The notes below the pieces were generated by a model. The model was not told where the DNA came from and did no database searches. It was given only the letters and a program-made list of their open reading frames with translations. Made by a program: the position numbers and the translations under genes. A DNA stretch of 62,642 nt, counting the filler. It is 16 parts of 16 records of this genome, joined end to end, with 100 filler letters (N's around TTAATTAATTAA, not from the genome) between each part and the next. Parts side by side here need not be neighbours in the genome. Positions count along the whole stretch, not along the records: positions 39,743 to 41,791 come from SRR9670534_794; positions 41,892 to 44,229 come from SRR9670534_795; positions 44,330 to 49,390 come from SRR9670534_805; positions 49,491 to 52,620 come from SRR9670534_814; positions 52,721 to 57,533 come from SRR9670534_835; 11 more parts are not named here. The stretch is one strand, 5' to 3'. Positions 39,900 through 52,808 of the stretch are shown in pieces. The first letter of the stretch is position 1. The number at the start of each line of letters is the position of its first letter.

Positions 39900-40337
39900 A
39901 TGAATATACCTGCATTACAATGTACTGTTTTAGGCGGTTGTGCTTTCCTGACAATACTCATAATTGTGTTTATTGCTGCAAGATTCAGGGGATCCAAAGA
40001 ACGCAAGATACTTGTACCTACAGCTAAAGATGATGGTTACATGTATTCGTACAGTTACAACCCACCTCAACAACCATACATTATAGAAGCTAACCCAGTT
40101 CAAGCGTCTCCCTATGCCTCCCCCTATGTTGTCAGCAGCCTTTACCTACAAAGACCGGCACCAGTTCCAGCACCAAGATATGTGCCTATCAAAAGAGGAA
40201 TTGAGCTGACTCCAGCTGCTATGTATGATGAAGTGAACTTTGACAGAAGAGACGCTGAAGACAGGGTTCAAGTTAGGGGTGGTGAATATGATTACCATTA
40301 CCCAAGACCAGCCTATGTTAATCCAAATTACTATTAA
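39900..40337 (+). CDS. Single-pass membrane protein with Tyr/Pro-rich cytoplasmic tail
   Basis: MNIP start (an upstream ATG at 39846 is also possible), TM VLGGCAFLTILIIVFIAA followed by RFR, and a tail with repeated ASPY, YDEV and terminal NPNYY. Confidence 0.65.
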   Translation: MNIPALQCTVLGGCAFLTILIIVFIAARFRGSKERKILVPTAKDDGYMYSYSYNPPQQPYIIEANPVQASPYASPYVVSSLYLQRPAPVPAPRYVPIKRGIELTPAAMYDEVNFDRRDAEDRVQVRGGEYDYHYPRPAYVNPNYY

Positions 40338-40911
40338 GAATGCAGTACCGATGTTGAACAGATATTTTTCCATAGCCTTCCATTTTTTTTACCTACCTTG
40401 CTTCTTTTTACCTACCTTGCAATAGTAGTAGTGTAAGTAGTAAATGTAGTAGACAAAGTATTTTTATACTGCTAATACTCAATCCACGTGAAATGATATA
40501 TTGCCATGTTTTTGTTTTACATATTGAACGTATATTTATTTTTTCTTTTATGACAATAATAATCATATTTATGTTTGATTACTACATTATTTTTATTGAA
40601 AAGCGGTTGTTGCCTTTTTACTTATCGGACACGTACGTACCTGTATTTTTATGCTTTTAAGTATTTTGCAGGTCAGCTGAGCTGGCTGAAACATTGTGCT
40701 TATTAAGTGGCTAATTAGTAAGTAGATGGGTGTTACATAATAAACATATATATTCATCTTACAATATTTAGGATCTTGTAGACAGTTTACTTTCTAAATA
40801 ATATTACTAGAAAGATACCTGTATATGATATGAAATGTTTATTTGGGCCACTACAAGAGATATTTACCTGTCACATTGAATTATTAATAACGAGTAGGTA
40901 CTCAGAATTCT

Positions 40912-41117
40912 TCTCAAAAAAATCACATCGATTCGCCAGTACTGTTCCAGAAAGTTCCTTCTCAACCTCGCTATCGAAGATCAGTACTTATTAATGGCTG
41001 AGAATCTATTATTCCTCTAAAAAAAGTCACATCGATTCGCCAGTGCTGTTCCAGAAAGTTCATTCTCAACCTTGCTATCGAAGTTCAGTACTTATTAATG
41101 GTTGAGAATCTATTATT
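40912..41117 (+). repeat. ~103-bp tandem duplication
   Basis: tcacatcgattcgccagt.ctgttccagaaagttc.ttctcaacct.gctatcgaag.tcagtacttattaatgg.tgagaatctattatt occurs twice. Confidence 0.92.
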
Positions 41118-41306
41118 TTATTATAAGTACAAGTTATAGCACATAGCATATGGGAACTATTTAATAATAGCATTTATAGTTATTATTATATTGACAATAT
41201 AATATTGGTATATTGATAATTTATAGTTATTATAACAATAACATTGTATGAAAACCAATGACTTGACATAAAACATATTATTACTACTTTACTGCTGTTA
41301 TTTCCT

Positions 41307-41546
41307 TTAATATTTCCAAAATTTTCTTTTTTTAGAAAGTTTGTTTTCTTGCTGTCCAAACAAAAACGGTCTCCAGTAGTAACCTTGAGTGTTATAATTG
41401 GACTGTTGTGATGAACTATTTGGGCAATCTATGATCAAACAGGGTTTAAATAGTAACCCAGCAGCCACTTTGTTCGTGTCATTGTCTGTAACAAATAGAC
41501 AGATAGAGATCACCATAAAGAATAAGAAATTTGCTAAAATCTTCAT
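41307..41546 (-). CDS. Small secreted peptide precursor (79 aa)
   Basis: Signal-like MKILANFLFFMVISICLFV, a CLIIDCP two-Cys motif and a KKRK basic cluster. Confidence 0.5.
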   Translation of the reverse strand: MKILANFLFFMVISICLFVTDNDTNKVAAGLLFKPCLIIDCPNSSSQQSNYNTQGYYWRPFLFGQQENKLSKKRKFWKY

Positions 41547-42774
41547 TTCTTGATAACGGTTGTTGATGTTTATGAAAAATCTATTATCAGACTAGCAAAC
41601 TAAAAAACCAAATAAAATGCATCTACCCACAATATACAATAGTGTTGTTATTATTATTATTAAAACCTATTCACGTCATTGGTTATAATCTAATTGGTGT
41701 CAATTAGAAAACTGTTATTTCAAAACTAATTAAATTTTCAACGTCCGACGAAGCAAGTCGATTAAATTAGTTATTATTATTATTAATAATANNNNNNNNN
41801 NNNNNNNNNNNNNNNNNNNNNNNNNNNNNNNNNNNTTAATTAATTAANNNNNNNNNNNNNNNNNNNNNNNNNNNNNNNNNNNNNNNNNNNNTTAGAGCTG
41901 TACTAGACATGGTTCCAGAAAATGCAAAGGGACACCATCGAAATAAAGTAGGTTCTCCAACTACACTGTCAAATCGCTTAAAAGGTTTGGAAACAGCAAT
42001 TTTACAAAGCATTTATGGCAAGAATTTGACAAGGTCGAAAAGGAACTTCCTTTAAGTCGAAAAAATCAAAACGAAAGGTATGTGAACTCTGCATTAATGT
42101 TAAAAATTTAATAAAAATTATTATTAATATAAGTATATATATATGTATAATTGAATTCAAATTCTAATTGTTATAACCATAGAGTAGTAAATATATAGCA
42201 TAATATATTATATATGTAATGTGCAATGATAACTAGAATTTTGGTACCACAGTATCAGTACCTTACACTGTAAGGCTTACAGTGTAAGGCTTACACAATC
42301 GTGTTTTTAGCAGCTAATTTATTCGAATAGATAAATGACGTTGTGCTGCTGCAATGTACTGTAAATGTCAAAAATGACTATAATTGGAGCAATGTCAATT
42401 AATAATATAATAAGGAGCAATATTATTATTAATAATAAGGCTGTAGGAGCTGTAGGAACAAAGGCTGTATACATGGAGCCAATTTGCATTTTTGAAAACT
42501 AAGTACTACATAATAAGTGCTACTCAGTAATTAGGCTAATTACTACAGAAAAAGGCATTTTGGCAAAGTAATTTTTTAATAATTTGCTTGGGGTTATTAT
42601 ACAGGCATTCAGTTATGCAAAAGCTTGCCTAAATTAGGACAACTGTGCCACAGTTACTGTGGGTTGATGAGGGTTGAAATGCTAGATGAGGGTTCAACCT
42701 ATCCAGTTGACCTAGGTAGATGAGGGTTGATGAACTTCTACTCCATTGTAGAAAACTTGGTGACTATTGCAGGT

Positions 42775-43894
42775 TTATGAATTTATTTGTTGGATTCTGA
42801 TTTTCAATGGCTTCCTAGGAGGAGTCCTCCTAGGTTTTCCTCTCAGATTTTTTCCTCTCAGTTCCTTTGACGTGTAGGGCTTTTGTTCTTCACTTTCATA
42901 AAGCTTTCTTATCTCCCTGAGAAGCATTGTTCTGGGAGATAATACCGACTTGTTTGTACCTCGATGGTACGAAATATTGAGATCTTTGTTTTTAGCTTCA
43001 ACACCTTGTTGACCATACTGATGAAGTGGTCCTAGTGCTATAGCCAGTTTAGGCATATGCACTGCTAGATAATGAACATAAGGAATGACATTTTCAACTC
43101 CAAAAGCTTTAATAAAGACATTAAAAAACGTCGTTCCATATCCTTCAATACTTTTTGGATCAAATGGACCTTCATTGACATACTGATAAATTCTTTTAAA
43201 ATGACGCCAGCATTTAATTATTTCAGCCTTCTTGTCTGTTATTTGGCCTTTAAATTCAAACCTGCTCCAAGTATCCTCTAGAACCAAAGCATCTAAGAGA
43301 GCTTTTTTCTGATTGCCATCCAATGAATCTATTTTAATGTCTCCCTTGGATATCAATACTTTATAGCTAATTCCTGTTATATCGGTTACAAATTTTGACA
43401 AACAGGCTATTTCTTTTTCCTTTCCTTTCTTCAAACTCTCACCTGTTTCCTTTACTATTTCACTTAGTTCAGAATTTTCATCGGCTGATACTGCAGAACT
43501 TATAGGAGCTTTTTTAGAACGTGTTTTAGAAACTTTTTTAGAAACATTAGGATTTTCATTGCCTATTGCTTCAGAAACTTCATCAGTAATTGATAACTGC
43601 ACTGTGGTTTGCTGCCACATTTTGTCAAATACCCTTAACAATGCATGTAATGGATCAATAACAATTCTATTTTCTCTCCGCAATCTTTCAAAAAATTTAG
43701 ATTCTAATGGCTTTTCAGTGTTTATGGATTTTACTGTTGCACCATCCTTAGACTTCATTTCATGGGAATCAATATTGCACAGAAGGCATGGATTTCTTGT
43801 ACTAAAACCATTGGGATCATTTACGAAGAGATGCATTGTTTTAAGGTCAGCACACAGATAGAACTTAATGAGATAAGTTCTTCCACGAACAGTT
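42775..43894 (-). mobile_element. RAG1/Transib-like DDE transposase, terminal exon (5'-partial)
   Basis: Acceptor AG at 43896-43895 with an open frame to the stop at 42775. Ordered motifs CADLK, CLLC, IDPLH, LDGNQKKAL, PYVHYLAVH and QQGVEAKNK align with RAG1 core GYDEK, CTLC, IDALH, MNGNFARKL, NYFHKTLAH and SEGNESGNK. Confidence 0.82.
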
Positions 43895-44791
43895 CTAAAT
43901 AGAATTATGTCAATTAGTGATTTTGTATATTAATATTATTTTAGTTTATAGTTATTATTACTTTTTGCACATTTATTTTTAAAAACATAATTAAAAGTTT
44001 TATTAAAAAGATAATTTAGCATTTATTGTTGTAGTATCCGATATAATGCAGCATTATTAATGATGCATTTGTATTATTTAAGACAACAAGAATTGTGGTA
44101 CTTAATAAGTACTACTTAATGAGTAGTACTTATGTCGTTGGATATATTGTATAAAATTATTGTAGTTTATTATAATAATATTGGTATATTCTTGGCTATC
44201 TGTCACTTTTTGGCTGTACAGTAGGTTGANNNNNNNNNNNNNNNNNNNNNNNNNNNNNNNNNNNNNNNNNNNNTTAATTAATTAANNNNNNNNNNNNNNN
44301 NNNNNNNNNNNNNNNNNNNNNNNNNNNNNTTATTATAATAATTATTATTATAATAATATGATTAATAATTACTATATAACAATAACTTATTGAATATAAC
44401 AATAATATAAAAGTATGGTTTATTGTTAAGCATTTGAAGAAATAAAAATGTCAATTTAGTAAGAACCTGCTAAATAATAATAAAATGTGTAAGTTATTTA
44501 TCTACTGTTCAACATTAATTACTTAATAATAATAAGATTTAATAAACTGGCTGTACTGTTCAAATAAATTATGTGAACAATATTCATAAAATGATTTTAT
44601 GCAAGACGTGATTTCTTGAGTATATGGAACCACTGGTTTTCTATAGGTATTTTGCATAGAGCATTGTTAAAAATGCTTTTGTTATTATTACTCTAACGAA
44701 CAATGCAAGAGTATAGGTATACTAGGATAACAATAACAATCCTTTGCAAACAGAAGTATTTAGACTTGATCAGGTTGTAGCAATCAAGTAG

Positions 44792-46537
44792 ATGGATGTC
44801 CTACCGCTTTCCAAAATTCTACCTTCATTATTACTAATTATAGTAATTGTTCCTTACCCGCTAATTTCAGCAACAAAATGGAAAAATGTTGTTTTATTCC
44901 TTGCAGATGACCTAGGCTACAATGATGTCGAATGGAGAAATAGTGAAGTTATTACGCCAAATCTTCGAAAATTATCAACGAGTGGTGTTAGAGTAGACAA
45001 CTTTTATACCCACAATTTGTGTAATCCCTCCAGAGCAGCGCTTCTCACAGGATACTATCCCAATCATAATGGAATGCAATCAGGTGCATTGGGTTCTTGT
45101 ATGCCATACGGTTTGGATGAAAGTTTTACCATGTTTCCTCAAGAATTGAAAGAATTTGCTAATTATTCAACATTTTTATTGGGAAAATGGCATTTGGGTT
45201 TTTGCAAGGAGGAATATCTGCCAAATTCCAGAGGATTTGATTACTTCCATGGACTATATTGTGGAGAATGTGGCCAATTTGAGCATGATGTTTGTATTCC
45301 AAGTGAATCCTGTGGAGACACTCCAGAACCCTATGCCTTTGGACTTGATTTTCACATAAATACTGAACCAGATTGGGAAAGCGTTGGCACATTTAGTGCC
45401 GACGTTTATACCAATGAAGCACTGAGAATAATTGATGAAAACATAAACAATCCATTTTATTTGCATGTAGCATACCAACTTCCTCATTCTCCAATGGAAG
45501 TACCTGAAGAATATTTACAAATTTTTGAACATATATCAGAGGACTTGTCTGTTAGAAAAGCATATTTGGCGCAAGTATTAGCAATGGATAGAAGCATTGG
45601 GCTTATTGTTGAAAAGTTAAAAGAAACTGGACTTTGGGACCATACTTTGGTTATTTATAGTTCGGATAATGGGGGTTCACCAGGATCTGGTGCAAATAAT
45701 ATGCCTTTGAGAGGTGGAAAAGATTCTGTTTTTGAAGGTGGTCACAGAACTTTTGCAATTATTGCTGATGATGAAATAAAACCTAGTTTGAAAGGTATGG
45801 CAAATATTTAAAATTTTGTAAAACTTTGTTTAATATGTATAGTTTTGTTTACTGAGTTAAGTTCTTATGACTTGATAAACATTATTTAAAATTTTAAATT
45901 TAATGTAATAATTAAAATTTGAAATATAAAATTTTAAATTTTAAATTTAAATTTAATTTTGAAAATACCTTGTTCAGGAGGAATTACAGAGGAATTGATA
46001 GCTATTGAAGATCTCAGGTCAACAATTTTGTCTGCAGTTGGTATGAACGGTTTTGCTTTAAATGATGGCATTAACATGTGGCCATTTTTAACAAAAGAAG
46101 AAATCACTGATAGCAGCAGGCATAATTTCATTTACACCCTAGACCAAACCTACAAATATGCAGCAATTCGACAAGATAATTACAAGCTTATTTTCAATAC
46201 AGATATTGACGATTGGTGGTCACCAGGTAGTTTTCCGTATAATGAAGGAATCTTCGAGTCCTGTAAATTATTGGAGACAGGAATGAATTATACCCTTCAG
46301 GGTATAAAACCTGATGATACATTACAAAGTGGTCAAATTTGGTTGTTTAACTTAGAAGTAGATCCCTACGAAAGTACGAACCTTGCATATTATGAACCCA
46401 GTATTACTTACCAACTTTTGGCAATGGCTCTTGAAATCCTAAAAACAAACTTTCCTGTTAATGCTGGTGATAGAACACCTACTTCAACGGCTTCCCCTGA
46501 AAATTTTGGAGGAGTTTGGTCTTCCGGATGGTGTTGA
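44792..46537 (+). CDS. Arylsulfatase (ARSB/ARSI/ARSJ-like), secreted or lysosomal
   Basis: Exons 44792-45794 and 45978-46537. Signal peptide, LADDLGYND, formylglycine motif CNPSRAALLTG, GKWHLG, SSDNGG, N.PLRGGK...FEGG and LFNLE.DPYE..NL. Confidence 0.95.
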
Positions 46538-47138
46538 ATTTATGATAAAAAATATGCAATTTATTATTGTTTTAACAAGGCATAAGGATATGTACAGAGT
46601 TTCTAGAAAAATATAATAATAAATATTAAGTACATATTTGACACTAATTTCAATAACACCTGATTAGTTCTTAATAATAATAATTAGGTCATTACTAATG
46701 GAGTGATCTATGATGCAATTCAGTGGCATTTTTCCTTGACATGTAAAGCAAATTCAGATTCGTGTTCAAAAAAATTAACAAAAGCCATAGAGATCAACAA
46801 CTTATTACTAACAAATCAAAGCAAATCTGTTGTATTAAATAATAAAGCATAATTCAATGTTTTACGACTCAGAATAGTAAGAGAGATTAGATATATACCA
46901 AATTGGTGAAAGATAAATGATATTATTAAAGCTAATTACTGTACAAAATTCTTAATTATTAAGTTTACATAATCAGTACACTGCAATATATATTAAGTAC
47001 TTTTGGCCAATTAAAATTACCCTAGATTTTTACATGTAACTTCATTTGACTGTGATTTATAACAATTTGCCAAAATTCTCACAAATGCAAACAGCAGAAA
47101 ACACCTTATTCAGGAGACGGACAAATTAATTAATTTCA

Positions 47139-49118
47139 TTAATTATCCAACAGCATAGCATCAAGCTCATCCGTAAGATCTTGAAGCATATGCCCAATTT
47201 CATTCAAAACATCACCTCCCTTCTTTCCTTCTTTTTTGTTGGATAAAGGTGTAGGTGGTAAAGAAAAAGAAGACAAGTTGGGTACTGCAGATTTCTGCGC
47301 CCTAATTGTTCCAATGTTATCTTGAGCAAATGGGAGAGCTCCTGATGAATCAATGCTGGACCATGAAGCATTTAATTGCTCATTAGGATTTGGAGTTCCA
47401 TTTTGCTGTTGAATACTTCTTCTTTGTTGAAACATTGGAGTTGCTAAAACATCAACTGTTGAATTTCCATTTACCATTTTCTTCTTCCTGCCAAGAGAAC
47501 CAAAATGGGGAGAGGGTAAAGAGGATCGTTGTTGAAGTTGGTGTTGATGTTGAATTGCTGCTGGAGGTGGTGGAAAATCTTCATCAACCTCTGCAACAGG
47601 TGTTATTGAGCCATCACTTGGTGCTCGGTCATAATTGTTTATAAAGTTCTTGTGCAGATTTTCAATAATATGATGCTTTGCTGATGACGGTGGTGTCGAC
47701 GTGATTGAAGAAATCCTTTTTGGTGGTTGGGGAGGAGGTGGAGGCAAATGCTGTGGTTGTTGAACTCCTTTCAATGGTGATGACAAGACTGAATTTGCTG
47801 AAAATTTACGCGCACCAGAAGGATTTGGTCGTTTTACAGTAGCATATGATCCATTTTCTGATTGGGGTTGAGAAGAAATTTGTGAGGAATTTAATGGCTT
47901 CATTACAGGAGGCAAAGTATTTTCAGGGTTACTAATGTCAAAATTGTCATAATTCGTGACACTAGTGGTAAGGCCTTGCGCAATTGCATTGGTTGTGCCT
48001 TCATCTGATGATGATCTACAAAATAATGATTTATAGGCATTGTTGAAATTATTTAAATGATACAAAGAGAACGAAAGAATGCATGTCCTCAATAACATGT
48101 GATTTTAATTATTAAATGTCCAAAAAGATGTCGCTGATAAAAAATAATAAAAATAGCGGGATGCAGTGTATGTGTTTATAAACTATAGTTTCTAATTTTT
48201 TAACAAAGCTTCTAATTCTAATATCTCTGGGATTAAAGCCATCAGAGAAATACTTTTCTTTTCAGGAATAGAATCTACGGTAGATTCTCTACCAATGATG
48301 GTGAACTTTCATCAAATTTAAAAAATCTCAGGTCTTCATATCCATAAAATGTGGACATGTACATGGTTTTTAATTTCTATGTCGCTTTTTTAAACTCTTA
48401 ATTATATTTTAATACGATATTTAAATGTAAAATATATAAATATTATATTTATATATAAAAAATATCTTTATATATTAAAATTTTACATATTCTACATATT
48501 TTTTTGCAACATCTAAAACTCATCATTCATTGATATGTCGTAAAAAAATGCAATGTTAACAAATGATCTACATGATCATCATCACCTGGCTTGGAAGCTG
48601 TTAGTGCTATTGCTATTGATACTATTGCTGGTTTCAGAATTATGAACTTCAACACAGATAAAGTCTGAATTAACACTACTGCTGTTTGAAACATTGTCAG
48701 AAGTGTTACTGTTCTGGTTATTTACAGGGGCATGATTGTTGCTGCAGCTTTCAACTTGTGGCTTACTATTTCCCAAATTTTTGTTGTTTTCTGTAGAGGA
48801 GTGGTGATTGTTATTAAGATGAACAGCAGAAGAGGCAGATTGGCTCTTCAGTCCTTGCTGCAACAGTAAATGATTCAGTCTATTAATAGCAAGGAGAAAC
48901 TTTTTTTGATGGCCTATATGAAAGAAAACATTTAATAATTATGATCAGAAAAACTAACAGACAGCCATCAAAAGCATACCAAGTTTTGTGATACCAATGT
49001 CTTCAAAGTCTTCCCAGGTTAGTTGGATAAAATCTTCTATGGTTCTATAACCTTGATGTACCAAGGTATTGTAGTAGTTTTCTACGTGCAACATTACCAA
49101 CAAATGATGCAAATCATT
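47139..49118 (-). CDS. CASKIN: Caskin (CASK-interacting SAM-domain scaffold), 3' part
   Basis: Exons 49118-48980, 48913-48586 and 48015-47139. SAM domain (YYNTLVHQGY..I..LTWEDFEDIGITKLGHQKK..LAI..L), Pro-rich region, LPFAQDNIGTIR and the C-terminal Caskin motif VLNEIGHMLQDLTDELDAML. Confidence 0.88.
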
Positions 49119-49613
49119 CTAAAAGTAGATAGTACATGCATGTAGATGAATGTTAATAATCATTAACAGTTAGTTAGTCTTCAAAATTTATTAAAATAGA
49201 AACTTTACCAAAATATATAGTATAAAAATATATTAATATATTAATATATTATTATGGTATATTAATATATTAATTATATATTAATTATAATGTAAAAATA
49301 GTAAGAGTATAAATTAGAAAAAAAAATGCAAAATATATTTAAACTTAGGTAATAATAAAAACATTTATGTGCAAACGGTATCATAATAAGNNNNNNNNNN
49401 NNNNNNNNNNNNNNNNNNNNNNNNNNNNNNNNNNTTAATTAATTAANNNNNNNNNNNNNNNNNNNNNNNNNNNNNNNNNNNNNNNNNNNNTATTATTATT
49501 ATTATTATTAATAATATAGTATAAGAGAACTTTGTCCAGATATTAGTCAATTACATGATATTGATAATAATAATATATTATTATAATAATGACAATTGTA
49601 AAATACGTGGTAC

Positions 49614-50081
49614 CAGCTGGGATCTGACTGAGAATATAACCATAAAAGAACGAACTTAAAATCAAGCCTTTCATTTCTGAATTCCAGTGATACTCTGAAG
49701 GCATCTGAGAACAAAACTTGTAAGTATTGCATTTATAGTATTCTTATATTATTAATTATTGTATGAATATTACTAATTTATTATGTAAGCAACATTGAAT
49801 TTTAAGTTTTATAAATTGGTATCAATACTACCAATTATTATATGGTGGTAAGAATTACAAATAATGCCAAATCTTACAAATGTTTTTGTTCCATTATGTT
49901 CATCAATGACTGTTTTATTTTCAGACATTTCCACAATAGCAACACTTAAATCAAATCTGTATGCATAGAGAATAAATATGTTTGCAAACAAAAGTGAACA
50001 AGCAAGATATCTTTTTGGGATATACCCATTCCATGTGAACTTTTTGACAGGTCTTAAAGGTTTAGTTTCCTCTGAATTCAT
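49614..50081 (-). CDS. SLC17 anion transporter (sialin-like), first two exons (3'-partial)
   Basis: Exons 50081-49878 and 49704-49614 give RY...Y..R.DLSVAIV.M and YHW....KGLILSSFFYGYILSQIPAG. Confidence 0.88.
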
Positions 50082-52263
50082 CTGTAATACAGATTCTGTA
50101 TATTAATCCAACTAAAAGTAAATTTAAGGCAATTATGATTATTACCTTTATTATTTTTAATAATAATAATATAAATAATAAAAGGCTTTTATGAGAAACA
50201 TAGAATAAGACTGCTAGGGTGCCGGGCAGTTCTGCAGAAATTTATTCTAGTCTAATATGTGGGCGTTGACAAGATATTTTGAATGAATAACGCAAATTAA
50301 AATATCAAACATTATTAATCAATAACTTGTCCAACGTCATGTGCAATTTATTCACTACAGGTACTTTTTTGCTATAGCCACAAACATGTACCTGCTAGAT
50401 GCTGGGTGCAAATGGCATTTTTCTCAACTTGAAGGTAGGCTTATTATGTTTACCTATTATAATTATAATAATTAAAAGCTATAAATGTCTGGAATGAATG
50501 TTCACTTCTTTGTTGTTATTATTAATACATAATAATCAAATTTCAACTTCAATGCTAGTTTATATTTCTTATGATAGAGTATGCCTTTGACCACAAAGAA
50601 CGTGGAGAAAAATTATAGACTTTCCATTAGCTCTGAATATGCATGTGAAATTCCAGATAAATTGAATCGCAGAGTGGGCAATTATTTTGAGTTGATGATC
50701 TTCTTCTTCCAGCATCAGTACCATAGTACATACTATAATAATTATCTTCCATCATTATTATTAAATGATGTTTACAATATAATATGCAAAATCAATAATG
50801 TAAACTTGTAAGTAAATTTTAATTGTTTTAATTATAAATTTTAATTATAATTTATTTATAAAATGGTTTCTAGCTATAGGCTAAGGTAATTGTTAGTTAC
50901 CACAACTAATAAGAAGATTGACTTTGACTGGTGGTTCTTACAAAATAATGCGAAGATAAGCCTACTGTATTAGATATAAAAGTTTATAGATATATATTGC
51001 TAATTGTTCACTATCATAATTGTAGTAATATAATTATTATATCAGATAACTAATATATTTTAAAATTATATAAGTAAATAGTAAATATATTTATAGAATA
51101 TAAATAAATATTTATAAAAATAGTTTTTAAATCTATTTCATTAATTAAATTGACAGTTTAAGAGATATCTTGGCAGTATAGTATATAGTATATAATATAT
51201 ATAGTAATACTATAGTGCTTTGGGTAACAATGTTTCTTTAGAATGCAAATAAAACATTATACTATTATTATATATATCATTATTATTAATATACTTTATT
51301 ATTAAATTGTTGAATCATATTTTAAAAATAAACAATATGATAATTTTTCAGTTAAACTTATTTTCAAAAAAATATTTTGTAAAAGTAAAAGTATATTAGA
51401 TGAAAGCAAACCTGATTTTTAAAATTAGCAATGCATATTATTTTCATTTTTTAACTTTAATTCTTTATTTTCTTTTTATTAAAAATATATATCTAAAATT
51501 TATTTTATAATAAAAAAATATAATATATATTAGTATTTATAATTTTATAATATAATAGTACAATAATGTAGTTATATATAAAAATGTAAACATTAACATA
51601 ATAATGTAGTTATACTATAATATATTGTTAGCTGGCCTATAATTATTTTTAATGAAGATAAAAATTTTTTAATAAAGATAAAAAATTAATTTTTAAAGTT
51701 TAAAATATTTTTTTTTCTAATATTAATCATTTAAACTATACATTTAATAATGTATTACATTATTATGATATTTATATCATATCATATCATATCATAATTA
51801 TACATACTTGAATTATTTTGAATAGAAATTAATCATTGATAAAGATTTTGATTTTTAAATTCTATGTTTCATTTAAAATTGTTTTGCATTATTATTATTA
51901 TTACTATAATGAAGTTTTACTTGTATATACATATGTGTATGTATACTGTACTTGTAAATGGCATTACAATATAACGGTGATGCATATTAATGATATATGT
52001 ATCTTATAAGCTTAGAAGCTTATCATAATTATCATTGTTATAACATTATTATTATTATTAATGGTATATATGTAGTATGTACTATACATAATGTATATAT
52101 ACGCTGCTAAGTATATAAAGTGATAATCCTGATCCAATGTGCTCATTGTTCAGAACAATTTGTTCTTACTGATTTGCTGGATGCTGCTCTTTATTATGTA
52201 TCTATTAGTATTAATTAATAATAATAATTATTAGTACAATATTCATAGGAAGAATTAGCTCTA

Positions 52264-52620
52264 ATGGAAAACGCTGGATATGAGGAGGATACCAACTCAT
52301 CTAGTCTTGAAGAACACCACTCTATCAATGATGGCAATAATATTATTATGAATAATAATGATAGCAGTGAAACTTACGAACGAAATACTAGCAGTAATGA
52401 CGACAAAGTAAATACTGATTTGCTTTTTAATAACATGGGTTCTGACAAAGTTTTGGCGAAAAAGGTGTTTTACAAAAACATTGTTGCTCTCACCGCTGCT
52501 TTTACATTGGGCTTTAGTGCTTTTAACGCACTTGTGAACTTGACAAGTTCAATATATGGTGCAAACCTAGGGACTAATATTCTTGGTGTATTGAATGGCT
52601 TAGGTGTCTTTTCCTGTATT
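52264..52620 (+). CDS. UNC-93-like MFS membrane protein, N-terminus (3'-partial)
   Basis: KNIVAL..AF.L.F.AF.AL.NL.SSI....LG...L..L pattern of UNC93A; truncated by the contig end. Confidence 0.78.
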
Positions 52621-52808
52621 NNNNNNNNNNNNNNNNNNNNNNNNNNNNNNNNNNNNNNNNNNNNTTAATTAATTAANNNNNNNNNNNNNNNNNNNNNNNN
52701 NNNNNNNNNNNNNNNNNNNNAATAATAGTAATAATCATTATTGAATAATGATACTTATTATGACAATAAATATGATAAATATTATTATTAATAAAACTTA
52801 CTATTATA

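Noticed and set aside
35202-46537. Apparent cluster of GRL, peptide genes, RAG1-like gene and sulfatase as one system
   Set aside because: They lie on four different contigs separated by linkers, so the adjacency is arbitrary.
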